From positions 21,536-85,535 of the forward strand of contig CAWAHZ010000008.1 of the NCBI GenBank assembly GCA_963781905.1: a DNA stretch of 64,000 nt. The letters are read 5' to 3'. Every line of letters begins with the position of its first letter. Within the stretch, counting starts at the first letter, position 1. The position numbers were made by a program, and so were the translations under genes. Source of the DNA: Bryobacterales bacterium. GTDB taxonomy: Bacteria; Acidobacteriota; Terriglobia; Bryobacterales; Bryobacteraceae. A model generated the notes under the pieces. It was not told the origin of the DNA. It saw only the letters and a list, made by a program, of their open reading frames with translations, and made no database searches. Below are positions 50,191-59,237 of this stretch, piece after piece.

Positions 50191-50753
50191 CCTTTTAAAG
50201 TGCAACTCATAGTCAGGTATTTGATCGCCGCTCGCGGCCAGATTTGGGGAAGGGTTCTCGCTCCGCCGGGCGTCCACCATTGGTCGAAATACAAGTTAAG
50301 ACTGTTCTCGCTAACATATGTAACTCGCCCAAAGGTTCGTTCGAATCCGAGAGCACGGGTGCAACTTACAGGAAGTACCGGTTGTACGCCGCGGTGCTCA
50401 CGAACCGCTCGCCGAAGCCCCCTCGCGGTATTCCAGCAATCGGGTCGTGTGTGATGCGAACGTCGAACCTTGCCATAAAAGCTTTCAACGCCGCTTCGCC
50501 CCAAACGCGCCACGCCCTGACGGGCCCGCCACACGGGATGTCGTGGCGCGCGAAAATTATATCGAAGCTCTCACAACCGACATGCGAGATGCTAAATGTT
50601 CCAGCGATCATTTATTTCAGGATAGAAGAACACGTGGATCGTGCGCAATCGTCTCGCAGGAACCGGGGGGCACGGCAAAGGCTGTCGAGCATTTCCTAGG
50701 CGGCTTCTTGGAAAGGCGGTCTGTGGTTCGAAAAGACGCAGTATGATGACGAG

Positions 50754-51220
50754 ATGATCGTGCGCGCATTCGTGGTATCAATCCTCGTCGCAACAGGCAT
50801 CTGCGCGCAGGGTTCGACTCTCACGCATCTCTCGAAAGTCCGCGTCCTCGTTCAATTTCTCCCGCCAGACGAACAGGTATTAAGTAAGCGATTCGGTCTA
50901 AATCAATCGGTCCTCCAGACGGAGACGGAGCTGCGCCTGCGCGAGGCCGGATTGGCAGTTGGCGACAATCCCGACGACACCAGCCTCCCGGCCTTCACGG
51001 TGCTATCGGTTATGCGGGCGCCTCCAGCATTTCTCTTCAAGCAAAACTCCAGGAATGGGGAATCGTCCAGAGGAATTCGGCAAAGAGATTCGTGACGACC
51101 TGGGACTACCTGGCATTCGGAGAGGCGGCGAAACCTGAAGTAATCCGAGAAGGCATTCGGAATCTCGTTTCAAAGTTTCTTAACGACTGGCTGGCCGATA
51201 ACCCGAAGCGTTCGCATTGA
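50754..51220 (+). pseudogene. Hypothetical secreted protein, frame broken near 51008
   Basis: MIVRAFVVSILVATGICAQ... up to FTVLS in ORF 50754. The sequence continues in another frame as GYAGASSISLQAKLQEWGIVQRNSAKRFVTTWDYLAFGEAAKPEVIREGIRNLVSKFLNDWLADNPKRSH*. Confidence 0.5.
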
Positions 51221-51327
51221 GGCGGCCCCGCTTCGCCACCATCGAACTTTATCACTGCTGAACGGTTCGCCATGGGTCGCGGCTATACACTGGAAGTTTG
51301 CGAATCGGCGGTGTAAGGACTTCGACC

Positions 51328-52239
51328 ATGAGCGCGTATGAATTGGAATCCCTGATTAAGATGCTGCGGACCGGGGGGCCGGATCTTGCTGCCCCTCCCC
51401 CGCAAGCGCGTGAAAATTTCGAGGCCATGTTGGCGGGCATTCCGGTTCCCGACGACGTGAAATTCGAGCAGGCCATGCTCGGGGGCGTTCCGGGACGCTG
51501 GTCCCAAACGCCTGAGGCTTTCCCGGATCGAGTGCTGCTCTATCTGCATGGCGGCGCCTACGTGGTGGGAAGCTCGCTGGGCTATCGTTCGCTTTCCAGT
51601 GCGCTGGCGCGTTCAGCCCAAGCGCGCGGATTTGCGCTGGACTATCGGCTGGCGCCCGAGCACCCGTTTCCCGCGGCGGTGGATGATGCCGTCGCCGCTT
51701 ATCGGGCGCTACTGGCTCAAGGTACGTCGCCTGGCTCCATCGCCATCGCAGGCGATTCGGCGGGTGGAGGGTTGACGGTTGCCATGCTCATAGCCGCGCG
51801 GGATGCTGGATTGCCCATGCCTGCCGCGGCCCTGGCTATCTCACCTTGGGCAGACCTGGCATGTGCCGGCGCATCCATGTCAACCAAGGCGGCGCAGGAT
51901 CCTTCGCTGAACCGGGAAGGCCTACTCGCCATGGCGGGGCTTTATCTGAACGGCGCCTCACCCCACTCCGCGCTGGCCTCCCCTATCTACGGGAACTTCG
52001 CCGGGTTGCCGCCGTTGCTGATCCAGGTAGGATCGTCGGAGATTCTGCTGGATGATTCCATACGCTTGGCCGCGCGGGCCGCGGAAGCGGACGTAGCCGT
52101 CCAACTCGAAGTGTGGCCGGGCCTGCCTCACGTTTGGCACCTGTTCGCGCTTCAACTCAGCGAAGGGCGCGATGCCATCGCCCAGGCTGGCGCATTTATG
52201 GCGGCGCAATTCAAGAAGCATCGGGAAGTTTCCGCGTGA
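51328..52239 (+). CDS. Alpha/beta hydrolase, hormone-sensitive-lipase-type esterase
   Basis: LYLHGGAY oxyanion motif, GDSAGG nucleophile elbow, and a C-terminal His in GLPHVWH. Confidence 0.85.
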   Translation: MSAYELESLIKMLRTGGPDLAAPPPQARENFEAMLAGIPVPDDVKFEQAMLGGVPGRWSQTPEAFPDRVLLYLHGGAYVVGSSLGYRSLSSALARSAQARGFALDYRLAPEHPFPAAVDDAVAAYRALLAQGTSPGSIAIAGDSAGGGLTVAMLIAARDAGLPMPAAALAISPWADLACAGASMSTKAAQDPSLNREGLLAMAGLYLNGASPHSALASPIYGNFAGLPPLLIQVGSSEILLDDSIRLAARAAEADVAVQLEVWPGLPHVWHLFALQLSEGRDAIAQAGAFMAAQFKKHREVSA

Positions 52240-52246
52240 ACTGCTT

Positions 52247-52282
52247 CGCTCGGCAGCCGTGAGACGCTCGGCAGCCGTGCGA
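52247..52282. repeat. 2 x 18-nt tandem duplication in intergenic spacer
   Basis: CGCTCGGCAGCCGTGAGA (52247-64) and CGCTCGGCAGCCGTGCGA (52265-82), 17/18 identical. Confidence 0.85.
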
Positions 52283-52292
52283 CGATGAATCG

Positions 52293-53249
52293 ATGCTGAA
52301 TCTGCCCGACCAAGTCACCGTCGTCGATGTCTCGGCCCGCGATGGACTTCAAAGTTTTCACCGCTGGGTGGAAACGGACACCAAGGTTCGGATGGTAAAT
52401 CGCCTGACGGAAGCCGGCTTTCCGGTGATCGAGGTTACGGGTTTCTCCCATCCGAAAGTGGTCCCGCACCTTCGCGATGCCGAGGAGGTAATGGCGCGGA
52501 TTATTCGAAAACCGGGTGTGGTCTATCGAGCGCTGGCTCCGAATGCACGTGGCGCCGAACGAGCCGTGGCGGCCACGGCGCAGGAAATTCTGGGATTGAT
52601 CACCGCGAGCGAGACGTACAATCTCAAGAACCAGAACATGACCCTGGAACAGGGTGTGAAGGCGGCGATTGAAACATTTCAGATCGCCGACGGGGCGAGA
52701 ATTCCGTTTCTCATTGCCATTGGGAACGCGTGGTGGTGCGCCTATGAAGGTGATATCCCGGAAACGCGGGTTTTTTCGCTGGTCCGCCAGCTGCGCGAAG
52801 GCGGAATCAAACGTTTTTATCTCGCCGATTCTCTGGGGATGGAGGCGCCACGCAAAGTCAACCTTCGATTCCGCCGATTGCACGAGGAGTTCCCCGATAT
52901 CGAGGTTGGATTCCATGTTCACAATCGATCGGGAAACGGCGCTGCGAACGTCGTGGCGGCGCTCGATGGCGGCGCCACTTTTGTCGAAGGAAGCATCTGC
53001 GGGATCGGCGGAGGCATCATGACCCCATCCAACCTGGGCGCCATTGGCAATCTCGCTACCGAAGACATCGTGAATCTGCTCAATGAAATGGATGTCAAGA
53101 CCGGTGTCTCAACGGATGCGGCACTGCTGGCGGCGCGCGATATCGCGGCCATGCTCGGCATTGAACCACGCAGCCATTTGACCGCCGCGGGAACGCGTTC
53201 GTTTCTGATGGAACAGGCCCGGCTCAATCCTCGCGCACATCCCGAGTAG
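52293..53249 (+). CDS. Hydroxymethylglutaryl-CoA lyase-like (HMGL/pyruvate carboxyltransferase-domain) protein
   Basis: VTVVDVSARDGLQS start, a TIM-barrel aldolase-like pattern, and HVHNRSGNGAANVVAAL. Confidence 0.85.
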   Translation: MLNLPDQVTVVDVSARDGLQSFHRWVETDTKVRMVNRLTEAGFPVIEVTGFSHPKVVPHLRDAEEVMARIIRKPGVVYRALAPNARGAERAVAATAQEILGLITASETYNLKNQNMTLEQGVKAAIETFQIADGARIPFLIAIGNAWWCAYEGDIPETRVFSLVRQLREGGIKRFYLADSLGMEAPRKVNLRFRRLHEEFPDIEVGFHVHNRSGNGAANVVAALDGGATFVEGSICGIGGGIMTPSNLGAIGNLATEDIVNLLNEMDVKTGVSTDAALLAARDIAAMLGIEPRSHLTAAGTRSFLMEQARLNPRAHPE

Positions 53250-53262
53250 AGTAGGCGCGCCC

Positions 53263-54375
53263 TTACGGAATCGCGACGGATCGCACCGATTCCGATGTCG
53301 TGCCGCCGTCTTTGCCGGTCACCTCAAGGCGAATGTTCACGTCATTCGTCTTCGGCGTATAAGCCACATATCCGTCGTGAAGCTGATCCTGATCGAACGG
53401 TACGGCTTCCGTGGTTCCGGCTTCCGTGATTCTCATCACGCCCTGGTCGGATGCCGCGATCGTCGGCGACTCCCGGTTCCAGCGAATCTCTAACTGGTGC
53501 GGACGCGAAGTCACCCTTAATCCCAACGCCGTCTCCGGATGCGCGGCTGAAACGTTGTCACTGGACGACGTGGAAGCCGAGGTGGTGTTCCTGGAACTGG
53601 TCGCTAGCTGGAGCGCTCCGATGCAGATCGCTACCAGGATAGCTGTCGGCGCTAAATGGGACCATCGGATTCGCTCGCCAAAGGAAGAGGCCGGCGCGGG
53701 GGCCGCTTGGGGAGCTTCCGGCATCGGTGCGGGAGCAGGCTTCGCGGCGGGCTGAGTCTTCGGCGCGATAGGACTAGCCGCGGCGGGCTCGGTCTGAACG
53801 AATGGGTTGGCAAATCTCCAGCCCGGATGTCCGCTCGCCAGTTGATCCGCCTCGAACGGGAAGCCAAAACCAAAATCGCGGGGGTGCGCTCCGCCTTGTT
53901 CCCAGTAAAAGAGAGCCGCGTCACTCTCGCCTCGCCGGGGAGTTTGAATCAACAGCGCGACATTCCCCGTTTCGCAAAACAGCCGGCTTAACGTATTGAG
54001 ATCGCGCGGTCCCATGTTCAGAGTGCCGTCTCGCTGCGCGCGAAAGAAACCCAGGACGCATTGTTCCGCCCCGCCCTCCACCATCCGGCAGGCGACTTCG
54101 AAAAGTGCATCGTCGCTCACCGCCTGAGCGGTGGGATCCGTGCTCGCTGGGATCAGTTTGAAATCCTCAATGACGGTAGCGCGAATCGGCGTATCAATTT
54201 TGCGGCCCAACAGGACGCCGCGCATCGCCGAGGGCTGGTTCTCGTTTCCCGCCCGCGAAATCTGCGTAGTGAGTTGCCTCACCACCTTCAGGCTCAGATG
54301 AATGGCAAAGCCGTCCGATGCCCGCCAAACATAGAAGTCACCGGGATCGAATCCAAGCTGTGTGCCTGTGGCCAT
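53263..54375 (-). CDS. Single-pass membrane protein: MPN-like N-domain lacking JAMM histidines, Pro-rich linker, TM, C-terminal beta-rich ectodomain
   Basis: From ATG 54375. GVLLGRKIDTPIRATVIEDFKLIP and CVLGFFRAQRDG resemble an MPN fold without HxH. PAAKPAPAPMPEAPQAAPAP linker. TM segment LAPTAILVAICIGALQLA. Confidence 0.55.
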   Translation of the reverse strand: MATGTQLGFDPGDFYVWRASDGFAIHLSLKVVRQLTTQISRAGNENQPSAMRGVLLGRKIDTPIRATVIEDFKLIPASTDPTAQAVSDDALFEVACRMVEGGAEQCVLGFFRAQRDGTLNMGPRDLNTLSRLFCETGNVALLIQTPRRGESDAALFYWEQGGAHPRDFGFGFPFEADQLASGHPGWRFANPFVQTEPAAASPIAPKTQPAAKPAPAPMPEAPQAAPAPASSFGERIRWSHLAPTAILVAICIGALQLATSSRNTTSASTSSSDNVSAAHPETALGLRVTSRPHQLEIRWNRESPTIAASDQGVMRITEAGTTEAVPFDQDQLHDGYVAYTPKTNDVNIRLEVTGKDGGTTSESVRSVAIP

Positions 54376-54539
54376 GTCTGCCCTGTATGTTGCCCTGATC
54401 GATGATGATCCCTTCGCCCGGTCACCCGAATCGCCTGAGAGTACCAGTAGGTTCCGGTACAACAACATCCAAGGCGTAAAAAGGTGATTGACGACCAGCC
54501 AAAAGTAGTATAGCGTTGTCTAAGATAATTCTAGATTGT

Positions 54540-55196
54540 ATGAATGATTCAGAATTGGCGATTTCCTTTGCCATCTTTGCCGCCAAACAGCGTGACGCGA
54601 ATGAGGTAGAGCCGGACCATTTACTCCTGGGCTGCCTGCGGGCAATCTCGCGCTTCGGCATTGCCACACTCGGGCCTTGGGATCTGGATTTAGAGAGCCA
54701 CGGCATCGATTGGGCCCGCCGGCCCGACGGACCGCGTCCAAAAGTGGCCTTCTCTCAAACTGTCGTGGAGCTGCTGGATCGAGCGGCGCAAATCGCGAAA
54801 TCCACAGGCGAGTCTAAAGTAGGGGTGAATCATCTGCTGGCCGCCTTCGCCAATTTCGACGATGGGCTCATGGGGGATCTGAAGCGGAAACATGGGATAG
54901 CGAACGCATCCTGGCGCGCGGCGGTGGCCCAACTTGGTTTCACGCCACCGGTTGGCGCGAAGGCGAACCACCCCGCAATCGAAACCAAACGCGCGCGGGA
55001 TTATCTGACGCCGGAGGATGCAGCCGAAGAGCTCGGCGTGCATGTACAAACCATGCGTGCATATATTCGCAGCGGACGGATGCCGGCGTTTCGGCTGGCG
55101 GGCGAGCGGGCCATTCGCATCCTGCGCACCGATCTGGAAAAAGTTCTTGAGCCCCTCAATGAGGACAAGAATGAGGACAAGAATGGGGACAAGTAA
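54540..55196 (+). CDS. Clp_N (Clp R-domain) repeat protein fused to an excisionase/MerR-type HTH
   Basis: Two Clp_N-like repeats (EVEPDHLLLGCL; KVGVNHLLAAF) and a C-terminal YLTPEDAAEELGVHVQTMRAYIRSGRMPAFRLAGERAIRILRTDLEKVL. NEDKNEDKNGDK tail. Confidence 0.7.
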   Translation: MNDSELAISFAIFAAKQRDANEVEPDHLLLGCLRAISRFGIATLGPWDLDLESHGIDWARRPDGPRPKVAFSQTVVELLDRAAQIAKSTGESKVGVNHLLAAFANFDDGLMGDLKRKHGIANASWRAAVAQLGFTPPVGAKANHPAIETKRARDYLTPEDAAEELGVHVQTMRAYIRSGRMPAFRLAGERAIRILRTDLEKVLEPLNEDKNEDKNGDK

Positions 55197-55202
55197 GGAG
55201 GA

Positions 55203-55505
55203 ATGGCGATGCCTTTCTTTGTTGTGAAACGCGACTTGCCGGGAGTTACTCCGGAGGCTCTGCAGAGCGCCGGGCTCCGCGCAAAATCGTGCTGTACAGA
55301 AATGACCACCGAAGGAAAGCCGGTCCGCTGGGTCCGGAGTTTCTTCCTGCCGGAAACCGCGCAGACGCATTGCTACTTTGAGGCGCCCTCCAGGGCAGCT
55401 GTCGAAGAAGCCAATCAGCGAGCGCGTATTCCGTTCACCCAGATTGTCGAAGTGGTGGAGAGACACCGGAAATGGTTTAACGCGATATACCGATATAAGG
55501 GATAA
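55203..55505 (+). CDS. DUF4242-domain protein
   Basis: MPFFVVKRDLPGVTPEALQSAG...VRWVRSFFLPETAQTHCYFEAPS...IVEV matches the DUF4242 pattern. Confidence 0.8.
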   Translation: MAMPFFVVKRDLPGVTPEALQSAGLRAKSCCTEMTTEGKPVRWVRSFFLPETAQTHCYFEAPSRAAVEEANQRARIPFTQIVEVVERHRKWFNAIYRYKG

Positions 55506-55515
55506 ACTGGTTCCA

Positions 55516-56898
55516 ATGGAACCCCAAGACTCTGGCGTGTCCCGCCGCGGTGTATTGACGGGAGGCGTCGCGCTGGCTGCGCAAAGCGGAGCACTGCTGG
55601 CGCAAACCAAAGTCGCTGCGCCCGGACGCAAATTTCGTGGATGGATTTCGCGAGGAGCTGGCCCTGGCAGGACGACGCTTCAGGAATTAACGCTGCGCGC
55701 CATCAGCGGACGCCAAGTCGTGGTCCGCACCGAAGCCACGAATCTTTGTTACTCGAACACCACCGATGTTCTTGGGCTTCCGATGCTGGGCGTTCCAGCC
55801 GCGCCCAAGGACGCTCCGCCGCGCCCGATTCCGCCCGCGTTTCTGGCGCTATCCCGCATGGCGCTGATTCAGGGCCACGGCGGCGTGGGAGTTGTCGAAG
55901 CCGTCGGCCCCCAGGTGCGCCGCGTACAAGTGGGCGATCGCGTCTGCGTCTCAGGCACTCCGCAATGTGGCTCGTGCTATCAGTGCCTGCGTGGGCGCGC
56001 CGATATGTGCCAGTTTCTCGGCCGCCAGGGTCCCAATGATCTGGTGCCTATCGCCGACATGCGCGACGGCACGCCGGTATACGCCAACTCGCACATCGGC
56101 GGTCTCGCTGAACTGATGGTCACCTTCGAAGAATGGGTGGTACCGGTTTTCACCAAGGCGTCGGCCGCGGACCTTGGCATGGTGTGCAGTTGTGTCAGCG
56201 TGGCTGGCCTGGGCTGCACGGCGTCCCAGGTTTTGGCGGATGTTGGGATAGGATCCATCGTTGCTGTAGTGGGCTGCGGTCCGTTAGGATTAAGCGCCAT
56301 TCAAGGCGCGCGGATTGCCGGCGCTTCCACCATCATCGGGATTGAGCCCATCCGTGCCCGTCGCGAAGTCGCCTTGAAGGTGGGTGCCACTCACGTGCTG
56401 GATCCCAACGTCGAAGGCGACAAACTGGTGGAGAAGGTCCGCGAACTTTCCAATGGTCCGAATAACCGGCTGTGGGCCGGTGGTCGCGATTCCGGCGGAC
56501 TCCTGGGCGGCGCAGGTGCGGACTTTGTGGTGGAAGCCGTAGGCGCCGACCGTGCCAAGCCTAAGCTCGAAGCTGGGCCCGATCCCACCGGCATTCTTCC
56601 GCTCCAGCAGGCCTACATGATGTGCGCTCCGGGTGGCCACATCGTCACCACCAGCTTGCCCACGGGAAACATCACGTTGCCGGCCGTCGTGTTTACCATC
56701 GGAGGCCGTACTCATCACGCGGGACAATATGGAGGCGCCAACCCGATGCGCGACATTCCCCGGTTTGTCGAGCTTCTCGACAAGCGTCAGTTTGATGCCA
56801 AGGCGCTAGCCACTACCGTCGTACCCATCGAAGGCATGCTGGATGCGTACCAGCTGGTGATTGACCGCACTACCGTGACCGCGATCATGACCGCGTAA
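55516..56898 (+). CDS. Medium-chain dehydrogenase/reductase (Zn-ADH-like) with twin-arginine signal
   Basis: From ATG 55516: SRRGVLTGGVALAA Tat motif, GHGGVGVVEAVG, structural-Zn cluster CGSCYQCLRGRADMC, Rossmann fold VVGCGPLGL. Confidence 0.8.
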   Translation: MEPQDSGVSRRGVLTGGVALAAQSGALLAQTKVAAPGRKFRGWISRGAGPGRTTLQELTLRAISGRQVVVRTEATNLCYSNTTDVLGLPMLGVPAAPKDAPPRPIPPAFLALSRMALIQGHGGVGVVEAVGPQVRRVQVGDRVCVSGTPQCGSCYQCLRGRADMCQFLGRQGPNDLVPIADMRDGTPVYANSHIGGLAELMVTFEEWVVPVFTKASAADLGMVCSCVSVAGLGCTASQVLADVGIGSIVAVVGCGPLGLSAIQGARIAGASTIIGIEPIRARREVALKVGATHVLDPNVEGDKLVEKVRELSNGPNNRLWAGGRDSGGLLGGAGADFVVEAVGADRAKPKLEAGPDPTGILPLQQAYMMCAPGGHIVTTSLPTGNITLPAVVFTIGGRTHHAGQYGGANPMRDIPRFVELLDKRQFDAKALATTVVPIEGMLDAYQLVIDRTTVTAIMTA

Positions 56899-57551
56899 TG
56901 GCGCTTCAGATCCGCCGTGGCGTGGCTCAGGACGCTGAGTTTCTCGCTCAGGTGATGCTTTCGGCTTCACGTGCCCACCTCGAGCGCGGTTTGTGGGATT
57001 TGATTATCGGCGCCGATGAAGCGGGATGCCTCGATTATCTGCGGCGTCTGGCTCTCGCCTACCCGCGATCGCTTTACCACCATGAGAGTTTTCTAATCGC
57101 TGAAGAAAATGGATACCGAGCCGCCGCTCTGTGCGGGTTCGAAACTTCGGGGGCCTGGGAGCTGGTTGGTGAAGCCATGGCTGGGATAGAGCACGGTCTC
57201 AATTGGACGGAGGAGGATCGGGCGGCTTCCCATCAGCGAGTGGCGCCCATCTGGACCAATTGCATGCTCCCCGACATCGGAGCGGATTTTGCCATTGAGA
57301 GCGTCGCAACCCTCCCCGAGTATCGGCGGCGCGGCCTAATCAGCGCTTTGATAGAGGAAATCCTGCGGGATGCCACTGGACGCGGATGCCGGCTGGCTCA
57401 GATCTCGACCTACCTGGGAAATGACCCAGCGCTCGGAGCCTATGAGAAAAACGGCTTCGAGGTCAGGGATGAAAAACATTGTCCCGACGTACAGAGAATC
57501 CTAGGTGTACCGGGCTTCGTGCGGTTGGTACGAGAGCTGAAAATTGACTAA
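56898..57551 (+). CDS. GNAT-family N-acetyltransferase
   Basis: Acetyl-CoA binding region LPEYRRRGLISALIEEIL...GC..A and a C-terminal YEKNGF. Confidence 0.85.
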   Translation: MALQIRRGVAQDAEFLAQVMLSASRAHLERGLWDLIIGADEAGCLDYLRRLALAYPRSLYHHESFLIAEENGYRAAALCGFETSGAWELVGEAMAGIEHGLNWTEEDRAASHQRVAPIWTNCMLPDIGADFAIESVATLPEYRRRGLISALIEEILRDATGRGCRLAQISTYLGNDPALGAYEKNGFEVRDEKHCPDVQRILGVPGFVRLVRELKID

Positions 57552-57639
57552 AGGTTTTTCCACACGGCACGCCGTTGTAACCGAACCTTAAGCAAATTGA
57601 AACATTTCGACGGTATATTGGGCAGGCTAAAGGAGAACT

Positions 57640-59232
57640 ATGGCCGCTGCAGCGCCCGCACCCGCACTAGAACAAAAAATGTCGAGGAACCCCGGGAAGA
57701 TTGGCATTGCCGTCTTCGGAGTGGCTCTCATCGTCGGACTCATTTACACCATCGTCAGCCTTGCTCGGGATTTGCAAGTCGAGCGAGGCACGTCCATCTA
57801 CCCCTACGTCTTGTTGGGCGTCGCACTTCTCGTCGCGCTCGGCTTTGAGTTCGTGAATGGCTTCCACGATACGGCCAATGCCGTTGCAACCGTCATTTAT
57901 ACGCATTCCATGGAGCCCCACCTGGCCGTGGCGTGGTCTGGCGCTTGGAACTTCATCGGCGTCCTGCTTTCGTCGGGCGCCGTCGCATTCACCATCATCA
58001 CTTTGCTGCCGGTGGAGTTGATCCTGCAAGTCGGCAGCGGGTCGGGCTTCGCGATGGTCTTCGCCTTGTTAATCGCCGCCATCCTGTGGAATCTCGGCAC
58101 GTGGTATTTCGGGCTGCCCGCATCCAGCTCGCACACGATGGTCGGTTCTATCATCGGCGTCGGCATCGCGAACCAATTGATGAATCCCCGGCAGGGCACC
58201 AGCGGCGTGGACTGGACCCAGGCAGCGGGCGTCGGCCGATCGTTATTGTTCTCGCCCATAGTAGGCTTCGGCGTCGCGTGGCTGCTATTGTTGCTCTGCA
58301 AAGCGATCATCAAAGACCGGCGGCTCTATGAGGCTCCCACCAACGGCGAACCGCCACCGTTCTGGATTCGGGCCCTGTTGGTATTCACGTGTACCGGCGT
58401 CAGTTTCGCGCATGGATCCAACGACGGCCAAAAAGGCATGGGACTCATCATGCTGATCCTGATCGGCACGGTTCCTACAACCTATGCCCTGAATCGAGCC
58501 GTTACGGCGAGCCAGACCGCGGACTTCCTGGCAGTATCGCAACAAACCGTGCAGGTGCTAAATCATTACGTCGACGCCTCCGCAGTGGTGGCCGACCCGC
58601 GCGACGATTTAACGGCGTTCATCCGTACCAGGGACTTTAACGCCAACACCATGCTGGCACTGCGGTCACTGGTCAGCGATATCGGCAACGAGACTGCGCT
58701 GTACAAAGAACTCAAGAACGTACCGCCCGATATGACCCGCAACTTCCGCAACGACATGTATGTCGTCAGCGAGACCATTCGCCTGGTTCAAAAATCCGGC
58801 AAGGCCCAGTTCAGCGCGGACGACATGAAGATCCTAGGCAATTACAAGAAGCACGTCGATCTGGCCACCAAGTTCATTCCCCTCTGGGTGAAGGTTGCTG
58901 TCGCGATGGCGCTTGGTCTGGGAACCATGATCGGCTGGAAGCGCATCGTGGTAACGGTGGGTGAAAAAATCGGCAAGGACCACCTGACCTACGGGCAAGG
59001 CGCGGCCGCCGAAATCACCGCCATGTTGACCATCGGGGGCGCCGACTATCTGGGCCTGCCGGTGAGTACCACGCACGTGCTTTCATCTGGGATAGCAGGC
59101 ACCATGGCTGCCAATCACACCGGGCTCCAATGGGGCACCGTGCGCAATCTGGCGCTGGCCTGGGTGCTGACGCTGCCCATCGCGATGCTCTTGTCGGGCT
59201 TCCTGTTCTGGGCTCTGAAGAACGTGTTCTAA
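57640..59232 (+). CDS. Inorganic phosphate transporter, PiT (PHO4) family
   Basis: GFEFVNGFHDTANAVATVIYT and a second GSNDGQKGMG repeat. AAGGAG RBS before ATG 57640. Confidence 0.9.
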   Translation: MAAAAPAPALEQKMSRNPGKIGIAVFGVALIVGLIYTIVSLARDLQVERGTSIYPYVLLGVALLVALGFEFVNGFHDTANAVATVIYTHSMEPHLAVAWSGAWNFIGVLLSSGAVAFTIITLLPVELILQVGSGSGFAMVFALLIAAILWNLGTWYFGLPASSSHTMVGSIIGVGIANQLMNPRQGTSGVDWTQAAGVGRSLLFSPIVGFGVAWLLLLLCKAIIKDRRLYEAPTNGEPPPFWIRALLVFTCTGVSFAHGSNDGQKGMGLIMLILIGTVPTTYALNRAVTASQTADFLAVSQQTVQVLNHYVDASAVVADPRDDLTAFIRTRDFNANTMLALRSLVSDIGNETALYKELKNVPPDMTRNFRNDMYVVSETIRLVQKSGKAQFSADDMKILGNYKKHVDLATKFIPLWVKVAVAMALGLGTMIGWKRIVVTVGEKIGKDHLTYGQGAAAEITAMLTIGGADYLGLPVSTTHVLSSGIAGTMAANHTGLQWGTVRNLALAWVLTLPIAMLLSGFLFWALKNVF

Positions 59233-59237
59233 ACCAC

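Noticed and set aside
50052-50611. Attempted assignment of minus-strand ORFs 50052..50534 and 50366..50611 to RES, BrnT, PIN or integrase families.
   Set aside because: Only isolated short resemblances were found (for example IRADALH, IIFARHD), with no consistent motif order. The region is left unannotated pending profile searches.
51221-51300. Search for a further tRNA-like att repeat at the right edge of the low-GC patch (GGTTCGCCATGGG around 51265).
   Set aside because: The similarity to the tRNA T-arm is limited to GGTTCG, which is not distinguishable from chance.
55158-55193. 3 x 12-nt coding repeat (AATGAGGACAAG) giving an NEDKNEDKNGDK tail on the Clp_N-HTH protein.
   Set aside because: A low-complexity charged tail produced by slippage. 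It is noted under the protein but is not independently interesting.
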